Assembly: GCF_017355785.1 (NCBI RefSeq)
Contig: NZ_JAFEWE010000002.1
Span: 110,618 to 174,617, forward strand
Origin: Desertivirga arenae
GTDB taxonomy: Bacteria > Bacteroidota > Bacteroidia > Sphingobacteriales > Sphingobacteriaceae
Direction of reading: 5' to 3'
DNA length: 64,000 nucleotides
Shown here: one piece after another, positions 47,850-58,762 of the stretch
How positions within the stretch are numbered: position 1 is the first letter of the stretch
Layout: every line of letters begins with the position of its first letter
The notes under the pieces: generated by a model
What the model was told of the DNA's origin: nothing
Seen by the model: only the letters and a program-made list of their open reading frames with translations
Database searches by the model: none
Position numbers and translations under genes: made by a program

Positions 47850-49394
47850 TTACTTAGTTCCGCCCCACTCTTTACTTTGTTCTATTTTTGTATTATCCAT
47901 TTCGCGCAAGGGGATTGGCAGTATTTCGCTTTTTCCAGCTACAAAACCTTCAGAAGCGAGCACTGTAGCTGCATCTCCCCAGCGAACCAAATCGAACCAA
48001 CGCTGTCCTTCACCAGCCAGTTCAAGTCGGCGTTCTCTTTTTATATTTTCCATTGTTGCCGCTACGGGACCCAACCCAACTCGAGCTCTAACAGCATTCA
48101 GCAAATTAGCCGCTCTCGATAAATCGGCGTTCGCCATTACCAAAGCTTCTGCTTCCATCAGGTAAGTATCAGCTAAGCGGATGTCATACATGTTCTGTCC
48201 CCAGTTTAGGTCGCGGTCTCCGGCCCCTGTAGGAAGATTAGAATTACGGGCAATCCATTTTTCGATGAAGTAGCCTGTATTCTGTGCACCCGCAGCAGCG
48301 TTGTAATCGGCAATACCGTTCTTTTTGAGGCTATCCAGATTTGCAATGGTGTATTTGTACCGCGGATCAAAATGTATAGCGTCGAACAGGCTTTGAGTAA
48401 CCGGGAAGTAACTCCAGCCACTATAATAATCAGGGGCTCCTGCTGTTTTAGCTGAGTAACCTCTGGGACCACTCATGATGTTTAAAATATTTCCTTCCGT
48501 TGAAGCAGCCCCTCCGCCACCCCAGGTTCCTCCGGAAAGCGTTGTGTGCGGAATTTCGAGAATTGACTCCGAATTGAATTTGTAAGTATTTCCACCTTTA
48601 AATAGGTTTCCGAAATCCCCCAGCAATTGATAACCGTAGGTAGCATTCATTTGCCCTGGCGTACCATTCACCTCTTTGAATTCCGCAGCTGCCTCAGCCC
48701 ACTTCTTTTCCCACAAATAAACTTTTCCAAGAAGAGCATGAGCCGTACCTTTTGTAAAGCGGCCTCCCTCCGTAGCAGCAACTACCTTATTGGGTAGATT
48801 TGGTTCTGCGATTGCCTCTTTCAGATCCGTTTCCATCTGAGCATATACCTCTGCAGGGCTTGCCTGTGTCACATTATACATCTCATCCGAAGTGATATTC
48901 TTGGTATACAAAGGGATGTTCTTGAATAAGCGAACAAGGTCGAAATAAAAGAAGGCACGTAATGTCTTTGCTTCTGCTATATACCGTTTCTTCAAACCTT
49001 CGTCCATATTTGTGCTTGGAATCTTTTCGAGCAGAATATTAGCCCTGAATATTCCCGAGAAACCCTTCCTCCAAAGGTCTTCCTGTGGGCCTTGTGCCGG
49101 GGTGATCAGAAACTTGTCCATATTCACAAAATTTAAATCGCCCGCGCCTTCTCCGCCTCCATAATGATCGTCGGAAGCAGCCATAGCAATCCCCTCTTTG
49201 GTTACCAGGTTACCTCCCTGCCAGCCTACAACATCGTAAACTGCTACTAATGCTTTGTAAGCCTGATCCTGATTTTGGTAATAATTAGATTCAAGATCTG
49301 TACCCTTAGGATCTACCTCCAGGAAATTACTACAAGAACTTAAAAGCTGAGCACTTATCGCTAACGCACCTATATATTTGAAATATTTGTTCAT
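47850..49394 (-). CDS. SusD/RagB-family outer-membrane nutrient-binding protein.
   Basis: Lipobox 'LLSSCS', TPR-like SusD pattern (..AEAKTLRAFFYFDLVRLF..). Located 3' of the susC-like gene. Confidence 0.9.
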   Translation of the reverse strand: MNKYFKYIGALAISAQLLSSCSNFLEVDPKGTDLESNYYQNQDQAYKALVAVYDVVGWQGGNLVTKEGIAMAASDDHYGGGEGAGDLNFVNMDKFLITPAQGPQEDLWRKGFSGIFRANILLEKIPSTNMDEGLKKRYIAEAKTLRAFFYFDLVRLFKNIPLYTKNITSDEMYNVTQASPAEVYAQMETDLKEAIAEPNLPNKVVAATEGGRFTKGTAHALLGKVYLWEKKWAEAAAEFKEVNGTPGQMNATYGYQLLGDFGNLFKGGNTYKFNSESILEIPHTTLSGGTWGGGGAASTEGNILNIMSGPRGYSAKTAGAPDYYSGWSYFPVTQSLFDAIHFDPRYKYTIANLDSLKKNGIADYNAAAGAQNTGYFIEKWIARNSNLPTGAGDRDLNWGQNMYDIRLADTYLMEAEALVMANADLSRAANLLNAVRARVGLGPVAATMENIKRERRLELAGEGQRWFDLVRWGDAATVLASEGFVAGKSEILPIPLREMDNTKIEQSKEWGGTK

Positions 49395-49405
49395 TTTTTT
49401 AAAGA

Positions 49406-52400
49406 TTATAATCCAACATTTACACCTAACATGAATGAGCGGGCCTGAGGATATACCCCCCTGTCTATACCAAATGCTGTTCCTCCGATCTCCGGATCGT
49501 AACCAGAGTAATTAGTGAAGGTGTACAGGTTTTCACTCATTATATAGACTCTTAATCTGGATAGACTTGCCTTTTGGATTACTGCTTTAGGCAAAGAATA
49601 TCCAATCTGCAAAGTTTTAATCCTAAAGAAGTTGCCATTCTTTAAATAGAAATCAGAAGGGTTTACGAAATTCTTATTAGGGTCGGCTTCTGATAACCGA
49701 GGATATGAATTTGAAGTACCTGGGCCAGTCCAGCGTCCCAGTGCTTCTGTCTGCCAGTTAGAAGTTGTGATTCCAAAACGTCTCAAGCCACTAAATACCT
49801 TGTTCCCTCCTGATCCTTGTCCAAATGCAATCACATCAAAGTTTTTCCAACTAACATTTGCAGTTAATCCAAAAGAATATTTAGGAATAGAGACTCCCAT
49901 AAACTCTCTGTCATTTTCATCGATATCACCATCACCGTCTACATCTTTCCATCTGAAGTCGCCTGGTTTTGCGTTAGGCTGGACCTTACCCTTTGGACCT
50001 ACGTAAGCGTCGATCTCTTCTTGAGTTTGGAAAATCCCTTGAGTTCTAAATCCGTAGAACGAGTTAAATGACTGGCCAACTTCTGTCCGTGTTACGCCAT
50101 AAGCCATATTTTGGAAGGACACTGTTCCACCGATGAAGGTCAAGCCACGGCCCAGGTAAGTCACTTCGTTCTTTAGCGTTGAGAAATTTCCTGCGAGACT
50201 AAGATTAACTTGTCTAACTTTTTTATTCCAGCCGAGTTCAAACTCCAAACCGGTATTTTTCATATCCGCAACGTTAGATGCAGGGTTTGAAATAGCTCCT
50301 ACATAGAATGGAATCCTGGGATTTTGAAGGATACCAACAGTTTTCTTGGTGTACCAATCAAATGTAAAACGGAAATCTCTTAAAATAGTGGCCTCTAACC
50401 CAATGTTTGAGGAACGCGTCTCCTCCCAATGAAGATCAGGGTTAGCTGGTGCGTTAGGGCTGTATCCTGTTTGATAAGAATCTGTACCTATAGCTGCATT
50501 TCTGCCACTACCGATGGTAGAAACAAATTGAAAATCGCCGATATTATCACTTCCTACTACCCCATAACCACCTCTCAGCTTCAGAAAGCTTACGAATTTG
50601 TTTTCTGGCCAAAATGCCTCTCTTGTTGGTACCCATCCCAAACTAAAAGAAGGGAAAACACCATACTGGTAGTTAGCGCCGAACCTTGAAGAACCATCGC
50701 GACGAAGAATACCTTCCAACAAGTACTTTTCATCATAATTATAATTCAAACGTCCAAATAAGGAAACTACTCTATGATATTGCCCATCACTTGCCGAAGC
50801 AGTTCTTTGCGTTGTTGGCACTGAATAGTTAAACGAAGCCTCGTCAAAAGTAGTAGCAGGAATACCGTCATACCTAACACCATCGTAATGAGAACTTCCG
50901 TCCTGGTAAGCTTCCTGTCCAAACAACCCAGTGAGGTTATGTTTTCCAAATGCTCTGGTGTATGACAATGTATTTGAAAGGTTCCAATCAATACGATTGT
51001 TGCTTTCTCTAAAGAATTGAGTTGTTGTATTGATATTTGAGGTATTTAAATAAAACTCCGGAGTAAAGCTTTCTTGTCCCCAGAAAGCCATTTTACCACC
51101 AAAAGATGACCGGAATTTTAAGCCTTTAATAACTTCGATCTCACCGTAAACATTTCCCACAATATTATGGCCCCAATTATAATTGCCTAATCTGGTGGAG
51201 ATATAAGCAAGGGGATTAGTCATTTCCTGACCTACGATTGAAGAAATGCCATAAGGAAAGCCTGATGCATCGCGACGAGCTCGCACATTGTAGGCTGCTG
51301 CTTTAGCCGGATCAGTTTCAACAAGTGGAGTTAAGGGGTCAAGGTGAATAGCTGAAGCCAGTGGCCCGCCAAACTCGCTGTTCGTATTACCTAAGCCAAC
51401 AGTTTTATTATAAGCATAACCGAGATTTTGACCGATAGTTACGCTTTTAAATATTTTGTGGGTTGAGTTAACACGAAAATTGATACGCTTATATTTCGAA
51501 ATATCCGAGGCCACGATACCTTCCTGATCCAGGTAACCAAACGAGGTATAAAAGGTCGAGCGGTCACTTCCACCACTTAAACTTAGCTCATGATTCTGAC
51601 GTTGAGCATTATCATTAAGAATGGCTGATTGCCAATCCGTTCCCTGGCCAAAGGAAGAAGGGTTAGCGTAAGGTAAACTTTTACCGTCTGCTGCAGCAGC
51701 TTCGTTTCGTAAAGTGGTGTACTGTGTAGCATTTAACATGCTTAACTGGCGGGTAGGTTCAGATGTCCCATAAAAGCCATTATAGCTAAGTGTGTTTTTT
51801 CCAGCTTTACCTTTCTTAGTGGTTACCAGGATAACTCCTGCAGAGGCTCTCGTACCATAAATGGCCGCAGATGCTGCATCTTTTAAAACGTCGATAGATT
51901 CGATGTCAGAAGCGTTCAGGTAGCTAATACCTCCGTTATCAACAACAATACCGTCTACTACGTATAATGGATTAGAATTATTAAAACTGGTAATACCACG
52001 AACCCGAACTGTAGCAGCTTCACCTGGCTGACCATTGTTAACCGCTATACTAACACCTGAAGTACGCCCCTGCAGGGCCTGTTCAACACGTGTAATTGGC
52101 TGCGTTTCAATATCCGAAGCCTTAACACTTGAGATAGCCCCTGTTACTACCTTCTTCTTTTGAGTGGCATAACCCACAACAACCACTTCGTTTAATGCCG
52201 CTGTGTTTTCCACCAGGGTGATCGATAGAGATCTGCTATCGCGAACAGTTATTGATTGGGAATCGAAACCCAATGAACTAATAACAAGAGTAGCTCCTGA
52301 GGGGGCTGCTATCCTAAAATTTCCTGCAGCATCAGTGCTTGTTCCCCGGTTTGCACCTTTAACTGCGATGGATACGCCGGGCAGCGGTAATCCATCACTC

Positions 52401-52504
52401 TTTGATACTACTTTTCCTGTTACCTGTATCTCTTGTGCGCCTGCCATCAATGGCACAAGAAATAGTAAGGAAATGAGAAAAAAGAATGTAAATCTTCCTT
52501 TCAT
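49406..52504 (-). CDS. SusC/RagA-family TonB-dependent outer-membrane transporter.
   Basis: N-terminal carboxypeptidase-regulatory-like domain, TonB box/plug ('EVVVVGYATQKKK'), a ~1000-aa beta-barrel and a C-terminal aromatic residue. Confidence 0.9.
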   Translation of the reverse strand: MKGRFTFFFLISLLFLVPLMAGAQEIQVTGKVVSKSDGLPLPGVSIAVKGANRGTSTDAAGNFRIAAPSGATLVISSLGFDSQSITVRDSRSLSITLVENTAALNEVVVVGYATQKKKVVTGAISSVKASDIETQPITRVEQALQGRTSGVSIAVNNGQPGEAATVRVRGITSFNNSNPLYVVDGIVVDNGGISYLNASDIESIDVLKDAASAAIYGTRASAGVILVTTKKGKAGKNTLSYNGFYGTSEPTRQLSMLNATQYTTLRNEAAAADGKSLPYANPSSFGQGTDWQSAILNDNAQRQNHELSLSGGSDRSTFYTSFGYLDQEGIVASDISKYKRINFRVNSTHKIFKSVTIGQNLGYAYNKTVGLGNTNSEFGGPLASAIHLDPLTPLVETDPAKAAAYNVRARRDASGFPYGISSIVGQEMTNPLAYISTRLGNYNWGHNIVGNVYGEIEVIKGLKFRSSFGGKMAFWGQESFTPEFYLNTSNINTTTQFFRESNNRIDWNLSNTLSYTRAFGKHNLTGLFGQEAYQDGSSHYDGVRYDGIPATTFDEASFNYSVPTTQRTASASDGQYHRVVSLFGRLNYNYDEKYLLEGILRRDGSSRFGANYQYGVFPSFSLGWVPTREAFWPENKFVSFLKLRGGYGVVGSDNIGDFQFVSTIGSGRNAAIGTDSYQTGYSPNAPANPDLHWEETRSSNIGLEATILRDFRFTFDWYTKKTVGILQNPRIPFYVGAISNPASNVADMKNTGLEFELGWNKKVRQVNLSLAGNFSTLKNEVTYLGRGLTFIGGTVSFQNMAYGVTRTEVGQSFNSFYGFRTQGIFQTQEEIDAYVGPKGKVQPNAKPGDFRWKDVDGDGDIDENDREFMGVSIPKYSFGLTANVSWKNFDVIAFGQGSGGNKVFSGLRRFGITTSNWQTEALGRWTGPGTSNSYPRLSEADPNKNFVNPSDFYLKNGNFFRIKTLQIGYSLPKAVIQKASLSRLRVYIMSENLYTFTNYSGYDPEIGGTAFGIDRGVYPQARSFMLGVNVGL

Positions 52505-52961
52505 AAGACTAATAAATAAAATGATTAAACTGGTTTATATTTTCGCGGATCACCTTCCGCTTGGTTAGTCCAAATGTATAAGGGATTTGATATCTTCTAA
52601 AATATCCATGCCCTACTTTAGCTATACAAACATCAAAAAGGACAGAATACACACCCCTACTAATACACTACAGCACCTTTATAAGAATCTGATTTTCAGA
52701 ATAAAAACCAAAAGACATTTGCAAAAGTGGCCCTTTACAAAAAATTAAACCCCACTCAAAGAGTGGATTAAATTAAGACCGTTAAGCGTTCTGCTGACAC
52801 TTAAACAGACATCCTGAAATTCCAAATGGGAGATGAAGAAATTGCCGTTGATTCAGAATCAAATGAGCGAAAAAGCTTATTCGCGGCCTTAACATTCTTT
52901 AACATTTGAATTTTTAAACCTTCGGTATTGATTTATATCTATTCCTTAAAACACAATAGAT

Positions 52962-53399
52962 ATGAAAAAAATAATTTTAACAGCCCTACTATTTGCAGGT
53001 CTGGCAACAGCAGGATTTTCACAAGAAAGACAAGCAAAACATCCAAGAGAGCATCGAACTCCTGAAGAGAGAGCTCAACTTATGACTGATGCTTTAGACA
53101 AAAAGCTTTCGCTTAGCGACAAACAAAGAAATGAGATATACAAGATAAACCTCGACCGGGCAAAGGAGATGGAAAAATTGCATGCCTCAAAACAAAAACA
53201 TGATAAAAAAGACTTTGAGCAGGGTAGAAAAATGTTCGAAGAAAGCGACAAGAAAATAAGCCGCATTCTGAACAACAATCAGCGGAAACAATACGATGAA
53301 TTGAAAGCTCAACGAAAGGAGCATGCAAAGGATCGTAACGGTGAATTCAGGAAAAGATCAAGAGACGGAAGAAGAGGGGAAGCCGAGAACGGAAGATAA
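52962..53399 (+). CDS. Secreted hypothetical protein, K/R/E-rich helical, periplasmic chaperone-like (Spy/CpxP-like, DUF4890-type).
   Basis: Signal peptide MKKIILTALLFAGLATAGFSQ. Repeated 'KQRNEIYKI'-like helical heptads. Confidence 0.45.
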   Translation: MKKIILTALLFAGLATAGFSQERQAKHPREHRTPEERAQLMTDALDKKLSLSDKQRNEIYKINLDRAKEMEKLHASKQKHDKKDFEQGRKMFEESDKKISRILNNNQRKQYDELKAQRKEHAKDRNGEFRKRSRDGRRGEAENGR

Positions 53400-53427
53400 G
53401 TGTTAATGTTAATAGCTGTTTAAAAAA

Positions 53428-53462
53428 CGTGCCGTACCGGATAGGTCGGTACGTTTTTTTTT
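53428..53462 (+). terminator. Intrinsic terminator (cgtaccg-gataggt-cggtacg plus T9).
   Basis: Read directly. It follows the 52962..53399 stop. Confidence 0.7.
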
Positions 53463-53506
53463 GCTTTTCCGCTACTCCCTGCTATTTTTGACGTTCAAAT
53501 TCCTAC

Positions 53507-54628
53507 GTGAAGCCGATAGAAAACTATATTACTCAAAGATTAGAGGAGCGAAAAAAACATAATTCTTACCGGAAACTTCGCACAGATCATTCCCAGGTAG
53601 ACTTCTGCTCCAACGACTATCTTGGATTTGCAAAAGCGGAACAATTACAAAACAATATCCGTCAAGCCCTCGATTTTGAAAAATCAGTTTCAGGATCGAC
53701 AGGCTCAAGAATGATCAGTGGCAATCATGAATTTGCAGAACAGCTTGAAAGCAGGATTGCAGGATTCCACGATGCAGCCTCAGGACTTTTGTTTAATTCT
53801 GGTTACGATGCAAATGTGGGTATTTTCTCTTCGCTCCCGCAACGTGGCGATACGATAATTACAGACGAGCTGATCCATGCCTCTATTATTGACGGGGCGC
53901 GCTTAAGCTTTGCCAACCGTTATTCTTTTCGACATAACGACTTGAATAGCCTTGAAGAAAAACTTAGAGCCGCTCGAGGCAGGATCTATATCGCCATTGA
54001 GAGTATTTATTCAATGGATGGTGATATGGCTCCCATCGAAGCAATAGTGGATCTGGCTGAGCGGTATGAGGCTGCTGTTATTGTGGATGAAGCTCATGCG
54101 ACGGGAATCTTCGGAGAAAAAGGTCAGGGACTTGTGTACGAACAAAAATTACAAAACCGGGTATTTGCCAGGATAGTAACCTTTGGTAAAGCACTGGGTT
54201 GCCATGGAGCAATCGTTTTAGGTTCTGATCCACTTCGTTCTTATCTGATTAACTTTGCCCGCTCTTTCATTTATACCACTGCTGCTCCTCCTTTAAATCA
54301 CATCAGTATTTCTGAGGCTTATGCATATCTGCAACAAGTACTAACTCCCTCCTTTATTCAATCAAAGATTAACTTTTTCAGGACTGAAGCTGGGGACTTA
54401 TATAATTTTTTCATCGATAGCCTATCCCCTATTCAGTGTCTTATTATTGGAGGAAATGAAAACGCAAAGAGGCTTGAAGGGCTTGTGAACCAGGCAGGAT
54501 ATGATGTAAGGGCGATTCTACATCCAACAGTTCCCGAAGGAAGGGAACGCATTCGAATCTGTTTGCATTCCTTCAACTCTGACAATGAGATAAAGGGACT
54601 ATTAAATACTTTAAGAGCGCATTTATGA
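53507..54628 (+). CDS. bioF: 8-amino-7-oxononanoate synthase (PLP-dependent, BioF-type). GTG start.
   Basis: N-terminal 'ENYITQRLEERKKHNSYRKLR', the PLP lysine region 'TFGKALG', and an ATGA overlap with the downstream bioD. Confidence 0.8.
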   Translation: MKPIENYITQRLEERKKHNSYRKLRTDHSQVDFCSNDYLGFAKAEQLQNNIRQALDFEKSVSGSTGSRMISGNHEFAEQLESRIAGFHDAASGLLFNSGYDANVGIFSSLPQRGDTIITDELIHASIIDGARLSFANRYSFRHNDLNSLEEKLRAARGRIYIAIESIYSMDGDMAPIEAIVDLAERYEAAVIVDEAHATGIFGEKGQGLVYEQKLQNRVFARIVTFGKALGCHGAIVLGSDPLRSYLINFARSFIYTTAAPPLNHISISEAYAYLQQVLTPSFIQSKINFFRTEAGDLYNFFIDSLSPIQCLIIGGNENAKRLEGLVNQAGYDVRAILHPTVPEGRERIRICLHSFNSDNEIKGLLNTLRAHL

Positions 54629-55236
54629 AACCAATTTTTGTAACAGGAATAGGAACCGACGTAGGTAAAACAGTAATATCTGCTGTTTTAGTAGAAAAGT
54701 TGAAAGCGGATTACTGGAAACCTGTGCAATCTGGAGACCTGGATAATTCCGACACCACTAAGGTTAAAAATCTTATTTCCAATCATCAGTCAGTTTTCCA
54801 TACGGAAGTATATCGCCTTACTCAGCCTTTTTCTCCTCATAAATCGGCAGCTCTGGATGGGGTTGAGATAGACCTGGAAGCTATAACTTTACCATCTACC
54901 ACAAATTGTCTATTGATAGAAGGAGCAGGAGGTTTAATGGTGCCACTAAACTCTAAGAACCTCATCATCGACTTGATAGCTAAATTTGCACCGGAAGTAA
55001 TTCTGGTAGTGAAAAACTACCTGGGTAGTATTAATCATACTTTGCTAAGTATTGAACTTCTCAAGCAAAGGAATCTGAAGATAAAGGGAATTATCATTAG
55101 TGGTGATACAGATGAAACTTCTGAAAAGTATATATGCGAATACTCTCAGGTAAGTATCTTAGGGAGGGTTCCAACTCTACCAGTAGTAGATAAAGCTTCA
55201 ATAAAACAAGCGGCTGATGCTTTAGAATTTGAGTAA
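54625..55236 (+). CDS. bioD: Dethiobiotin synthetase.
   Basis: 'IFVTGIGTDVGKTVISAVL' P-loop typical of BioD. ~200 aa. Confidence 0.85.
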   Translation: MKPIFVTGIGTDVGKTVISAVLVEKLKADYWKPVQSGDLDNSDTTKVKNLISNHQSVFHTEVYRLTQPFSPHKSAALDGVEIDLEAITLPSTTNCLLIEGAGGLMVPLNSKNLIIDLIAKFAPEVILVVKNYLGSINHTLLSIELLKQRNLKIKGIIISGDTDETSEKYICEYSQVSILGRVPTLPVVDKASIKQAADALEFE

Positions 55237-55239
55237 AAA

Positions 55240-55266
55240 AAAAGCGCAGTTCCCTGCGCTTTTTAA
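55240..55266. terminator. Bidirectional terminator (agcgcag-ttccc-tgcgct, flanked by A8 and T5).
   Basis: Between the convergent bioD (+) and alaS (-). Confidence 0.6.
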
Positions 55267-55268
55267 TT

Positions 55269-57917
55269 CTATTTGACCAAGCTTTTCGCTTTGCTGAGTG
55301 CGGCATCTATACCTGATGCGTCTTTACCACCCGCTGTTGCGAAGAAAGGTTGTCCCCCTCCACCGCCTTTAATTTCTTTCGCTAATTCTCTCACAATATT
55401 TCCGGCATGAAGATCTTTCGCCTCTACCAGATTTTCAGAGATCATCACCGTAATTCCCGGCTTACCCTCATTTTCAGTAGCGAGAACAAGGAAAAGGTTG
55501 TCAACAATATCTTTAAGATTATAAGCAAGGTTTTTCACTGCGTCAGCATTTGGCAGATCTACTCTTTCAGCAATAACATTCACTCCATTTATATTTTGTG
55601 CTTTTGCTGCTAAGTCATGCTTAAGGTTTCCAGCCTTTTCTATGATACTTTTTTCGATCTCCTTCTTAAGCTTTGCATTCTCTTCAAGAAGGCTCTCGAT
55701 AGATTTTGCAATGTCCTTAGGGTTCTTCAGAAGGGATTTAATCTCCTGCATCAACTTATTTTGTTCGTTGATATAATTTTCTGCAGCCTTACCAGTGATT
55801 GCTTCGATACGACGCACACCTGCAGCTACGGCACCTTCGGATGTAATTTTGAAGAAACCGATCTGACCGGTAGAACTAACGTGAGTACCACCACAAAGCT
55901 CCATAGAATACTCAGGGTTAAAGGTGATCACACGAACGTACTCGCCATACTTCTCCCCGAATAATGCTGTTACCCCTCTGCCGATAGCATCCTGGTAAGG
56001 TACTTGTCTTTCTTCCTGTTTAAGGATATTTTCCCGGATCCTGCTGTTAACAATCGCTTCGATCTGAGCAATCTCCTCATCAGTCACTTTAGCGAAATGA
56101 GAAAAATCGAATCGAAGGTAATCTGCATTCACCAAAGATCCTTTTTGCTGCACGTGAGTGCCCAGAACCTGACGTAGGGCGGCTTGTAGCAAATGCGTTG
56201 CCGAGTGGTTATTCTCTGTCGACAAGCGTTTAGATTCATCCACCCTTGCCGTAAATGTAGCTGAAGGGTCTTCTGGCAATTCATCTGTAAAGTGAACGAT
56301 CAACCCATTTTCCTTCTTTGTGTCGGTGACCTGGATAGTTGAACTATTAACCGAATTAGATATTAATGTTCCTGTATCCCCAACCTGACCTCCACTTTCT
56401 GCATAAAAAGGAGTTCTATTTAGAACGATCTGGTATTGCTCCTTTCCTTTTGCAGTGATCTTCCGGTATTTCAGGATCTTGCTTTCTGATTCCAGAGAAT
56501 CGTATCCCAGGAACTCATTCTCTTCTCCCTCATTTATGATCACCCAATCTGTCGTATCAATAGCAGTTGCAGCACGAGAACGGGTTTTCTGCTCTTCTAA
56601 AGCTTTATTGAAGCCTTCCATATCAACTGAAATACCCTTTTCGCGAGCCATCAGGTCGGTAAGATCGATAGGGAAACCGAAGGTGTCGTACAGCTCGAAG
56701 GCAAAGCCACCTTCAATATTAGTATTCTCTGCAGCGTACTTCTCGAATCGCTGAATACCTGTTGCTAGCGTACGAAGGAAAGATACCTCTTCTTCCAGGA
56801 TCACTTTCTGAACAAAATCCTGCTGAGCTTTTAATTCAGGAAAAACACCATCGAACTGATCTGCAAGGATTGGCACCAATTTATTAAAGAAAGGTTCTTT
56901 AAAGCCAAGGAATGTATAAGAATAACGAACTGCCCTTCTAAGGATACGACGGATAACATATCCTGCCTTAACATTAGATGGAAGCTGTCCATCAGCGATC
57001 GCGAATGCGATAGCCCGGATATGGTCTGCCATTACACGCATGGCCACATCCGTCTTCCCATCACTTTCGCCCATGTTATAGGTAATTCCACTCTGCTGGG
57101 AAATAAACTGGATCAATGGTTGGAAAGTATCTGTATCGTAATTTGAGGACTTTCCTTGTAAGACCCTTACTAAGCGTTCCAACCCCATCCCTGTATCCAC
57201 ATGTTGTGCGGGTAATGGCTGCAAAGAACCGTTCTTTAAACGGTTGAACTGCATGAACACATTATTCCAGATTTCAATAACCTGAGGATCATCATTATTT
57301 ACCAGGGTTCTACCGTCTGTCTTAGCACGTTCTTCTTCCGTACGGCAGTCGACGTGAATCTCTGAACAAGGTCCGCATGGCCCGGTATCGCCCATTTCCC
57401 AGAAATTATCCTTTTTATTACCTAAGAGGATACGATCTTCAGCAATCCATTTTTTCCAGAAATCATAGGCTTCCTGATCTTTAGGAAGACCTTCTTTTTC
57501 ATCACCTTCGAAAACCGTAACGTATAAACGATCTTTAGGGATACTTAAAACAGAAGTTAACAACTCCCAGCTCCATTCGATCGCTTCTTCTTTGAAGTAA
57601 TCACCGAAACTCCAGTTTCCAAGCATTTCAAACATCGTATGGTGGTAAGTATCTATACCCACCTCCTCCAGGTCGTTATGCTTACCTGAAACACGAAGAC
57701 AACGTTGAGTATCGGCAACTCTGGAATATTTTATAGGTGCCTCACCAAGGAAAATTTCTTTAAAAGGGTTCATTCCCGCATTGGTGAACATTAATGTTGG
57801 ATCGTTCTTTACTACAATGGGGGCCGATGGGACGATCTGATGTCCTTTACTTGCAAAAAAATCTAAAAAAGCTTTCCTTATCTCTTTCGTTGTCATTCTC
57901 AAATATTTGAGGTGCAA
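55269..57917 (-). CDS. alaS: Alanine--tRNA ligase.
   Basis: Class II aaRS motifs, 'FLDFFASKGHQIVPSAPIV' near the N-terminus, the editing-domain HxxxH...CGGTH, and the C-terminal DHHA1 'GGGGGQPFFATAGG'. The true start is probably MTTKEIRKAF at 57896. Confidence 0.95.
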   Translation of the reverse strand: MHLKYLRMTTKEIRKAFLDFFASKGHQIVPSAPIVVKNDPTLMFTNAGMNPFKEIFLGEAPIKYSRVADTQRCLRVSGKHNDLEEVGIDTYHHTMFEMLGNWSFGDYFKEEAIEWSWELLTSVLSIPKDRLYVTVFEGDEKEGLPKDQEAYDFWKKWIAEDRILLGNKKDNFWEMGDTGPCGPCSEIHVDCRTEEERAKTDGRTLVNNDDPQVIEIWNNVFMQFNRLKNGSLQPLPAQHVDTGMGLERLVRVLQGKSSNYDTDTFQPLIQFISQQSGITYNMGESDGKTDVAMRVMADHIRAIAFAIADGQLPSNVKAGYVIRRILRRAVRYSYTFLGFKEPFFNKLVPILADQFDGVFPELKAQQDFVQKVILEEEVSFLRTLATGIQRFEKYAAENTNIEGGFAFELYDTFGFPIDLTDLMAREKGISVDMEGFNKALEEQKTRSRAATAIDTTDWVIINEGEENEFLGYDSLESESKILKYRKITAKGKEQYQIVLNRTPFYAESGGQVGDTGTLISNSVNSSTIQVTDTKKENGLIVHFTDELPEDPSATFTARVDESKRLSTENNHSATHLLQAALRQVLGTHVQQKGSLVNADYLRFDFSHFAKVTDEEIAQIEAIVNSRIRENILKQEERQVPYQDAIGRGVTALFGEKYGEYVRVITFNPEYSMELCGGTHVSSTGQIGFFKITSEGAVAAGVRRIEAITGKAAENYINEQNKLMQEIKSLLKNPKDIAKSIESLLEENAKLKKEIEKSIIEKAGNLKHDLAAKAQNINGVNVIAERVDLPNADAVKNLAYNLKDIVDNLFLVLATENEGKPGITVMISENLVEAKDLHAGNIVRELAKEIKGGGGGQPFFATAGGKDASGIDAALSKAKSLVK

Positions 57918-57919
57918 AG

Positions 57920-58762
57920 TTAATATTTGATGTGAGAATGGGGAATAGAATTGTTTTCAGGATTAAACATCTTATCCAACATCTCATATAGAGCTGGATG
58001 CTTTTCTTTGAACTTCGCGGGCTTCTCGAAAAAATACTCCGATACTACAGCAAAAAATTCCGCTTCGTTGGTAAGGGCATAGGGATTAATGTCTGACTTT
58101 CCCTTCTCTATTCTGCTGATCTCTTTTTCCATTGCCTTGATCCAGGGAAGGGAAGAAATATTATTTAGTAATAGTTCGGGAATGCCGTCAACACTGCCAT
58201 CTGCAGCATCAAGGAGATGAACGAATTCGTGGATCGCAGTATTCTCATTTCCTCCCGGTTCTCTGAATCCATGATGTAATGCTGATTTCGAAAGGATCAT
58301 TTGACCATTCATAAAACCATTGCCCACCATTCCCATAATATTCCTTTCTCCCTCTGAATACTGGAAATCATGGTTGAAGGTATCAGGATACAGAATAACA
58401 TTAGTAATATTCTTATACCTCCAGTTGCCGAAGCGAAAAATGGGAATTATAGCACTAGCCGCTACTAACACTCTGTCTTTATCATTTATTTCCGTTCCTA
58501 TACCTTCAATTCTGGTCTTCTCTAGAAATGACGCAACTTTCTGCGCGAAATCATTCTTTTCTTCCTCCATGAGCTGCCGGTAGAACAATACTTCTTTTTG
58601 AAGGATAGCTTTATAGTCGGGCTTATGCTCCGGGATTCCTTCGGCTTGACGCCGCGGTTTTCGTGATAACAAGACTACAATTGCAAGCAGGAAAAGTGCG
58701 GATAGGATAACAGCGGTAAGCATACGTTCGGATATTAAAATGCGATCTGGTATTGAAGCCAC
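57920..58762 (-). CDS. MtfA-like (M90) zinc-dependent peptidase.
   Basis: HExxH-containing 'IHEFVHLLD' plus a downstream Glu. N-terminal transmembrane/signal segment. Confidence 0.65.
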   Translation of the reverse strand: MASIPDRILISERMLTAVILSALFLLAIVVLLSRKPRRQAEGIPEHKPDYKAILQKEVLFYRQLMEEEKNDFAQKVASFLEKTRIEGIGTEINDKDRVLVAASAIIPIFRFGNWRYKNITNVILYPDTFNHDFQYSEGERNIMGMVGNGFMNGQMILSKSALHHGFREPGGNENTAIHEFVHLLDAADGSVDGIPELLLNNISSLPWIKAMEKEISRIEKGKSDINPYALTNEAEFFAVVSEYFFEKPAKFKEKHPALYEMLDKMFNPENNSIPHSHIKY

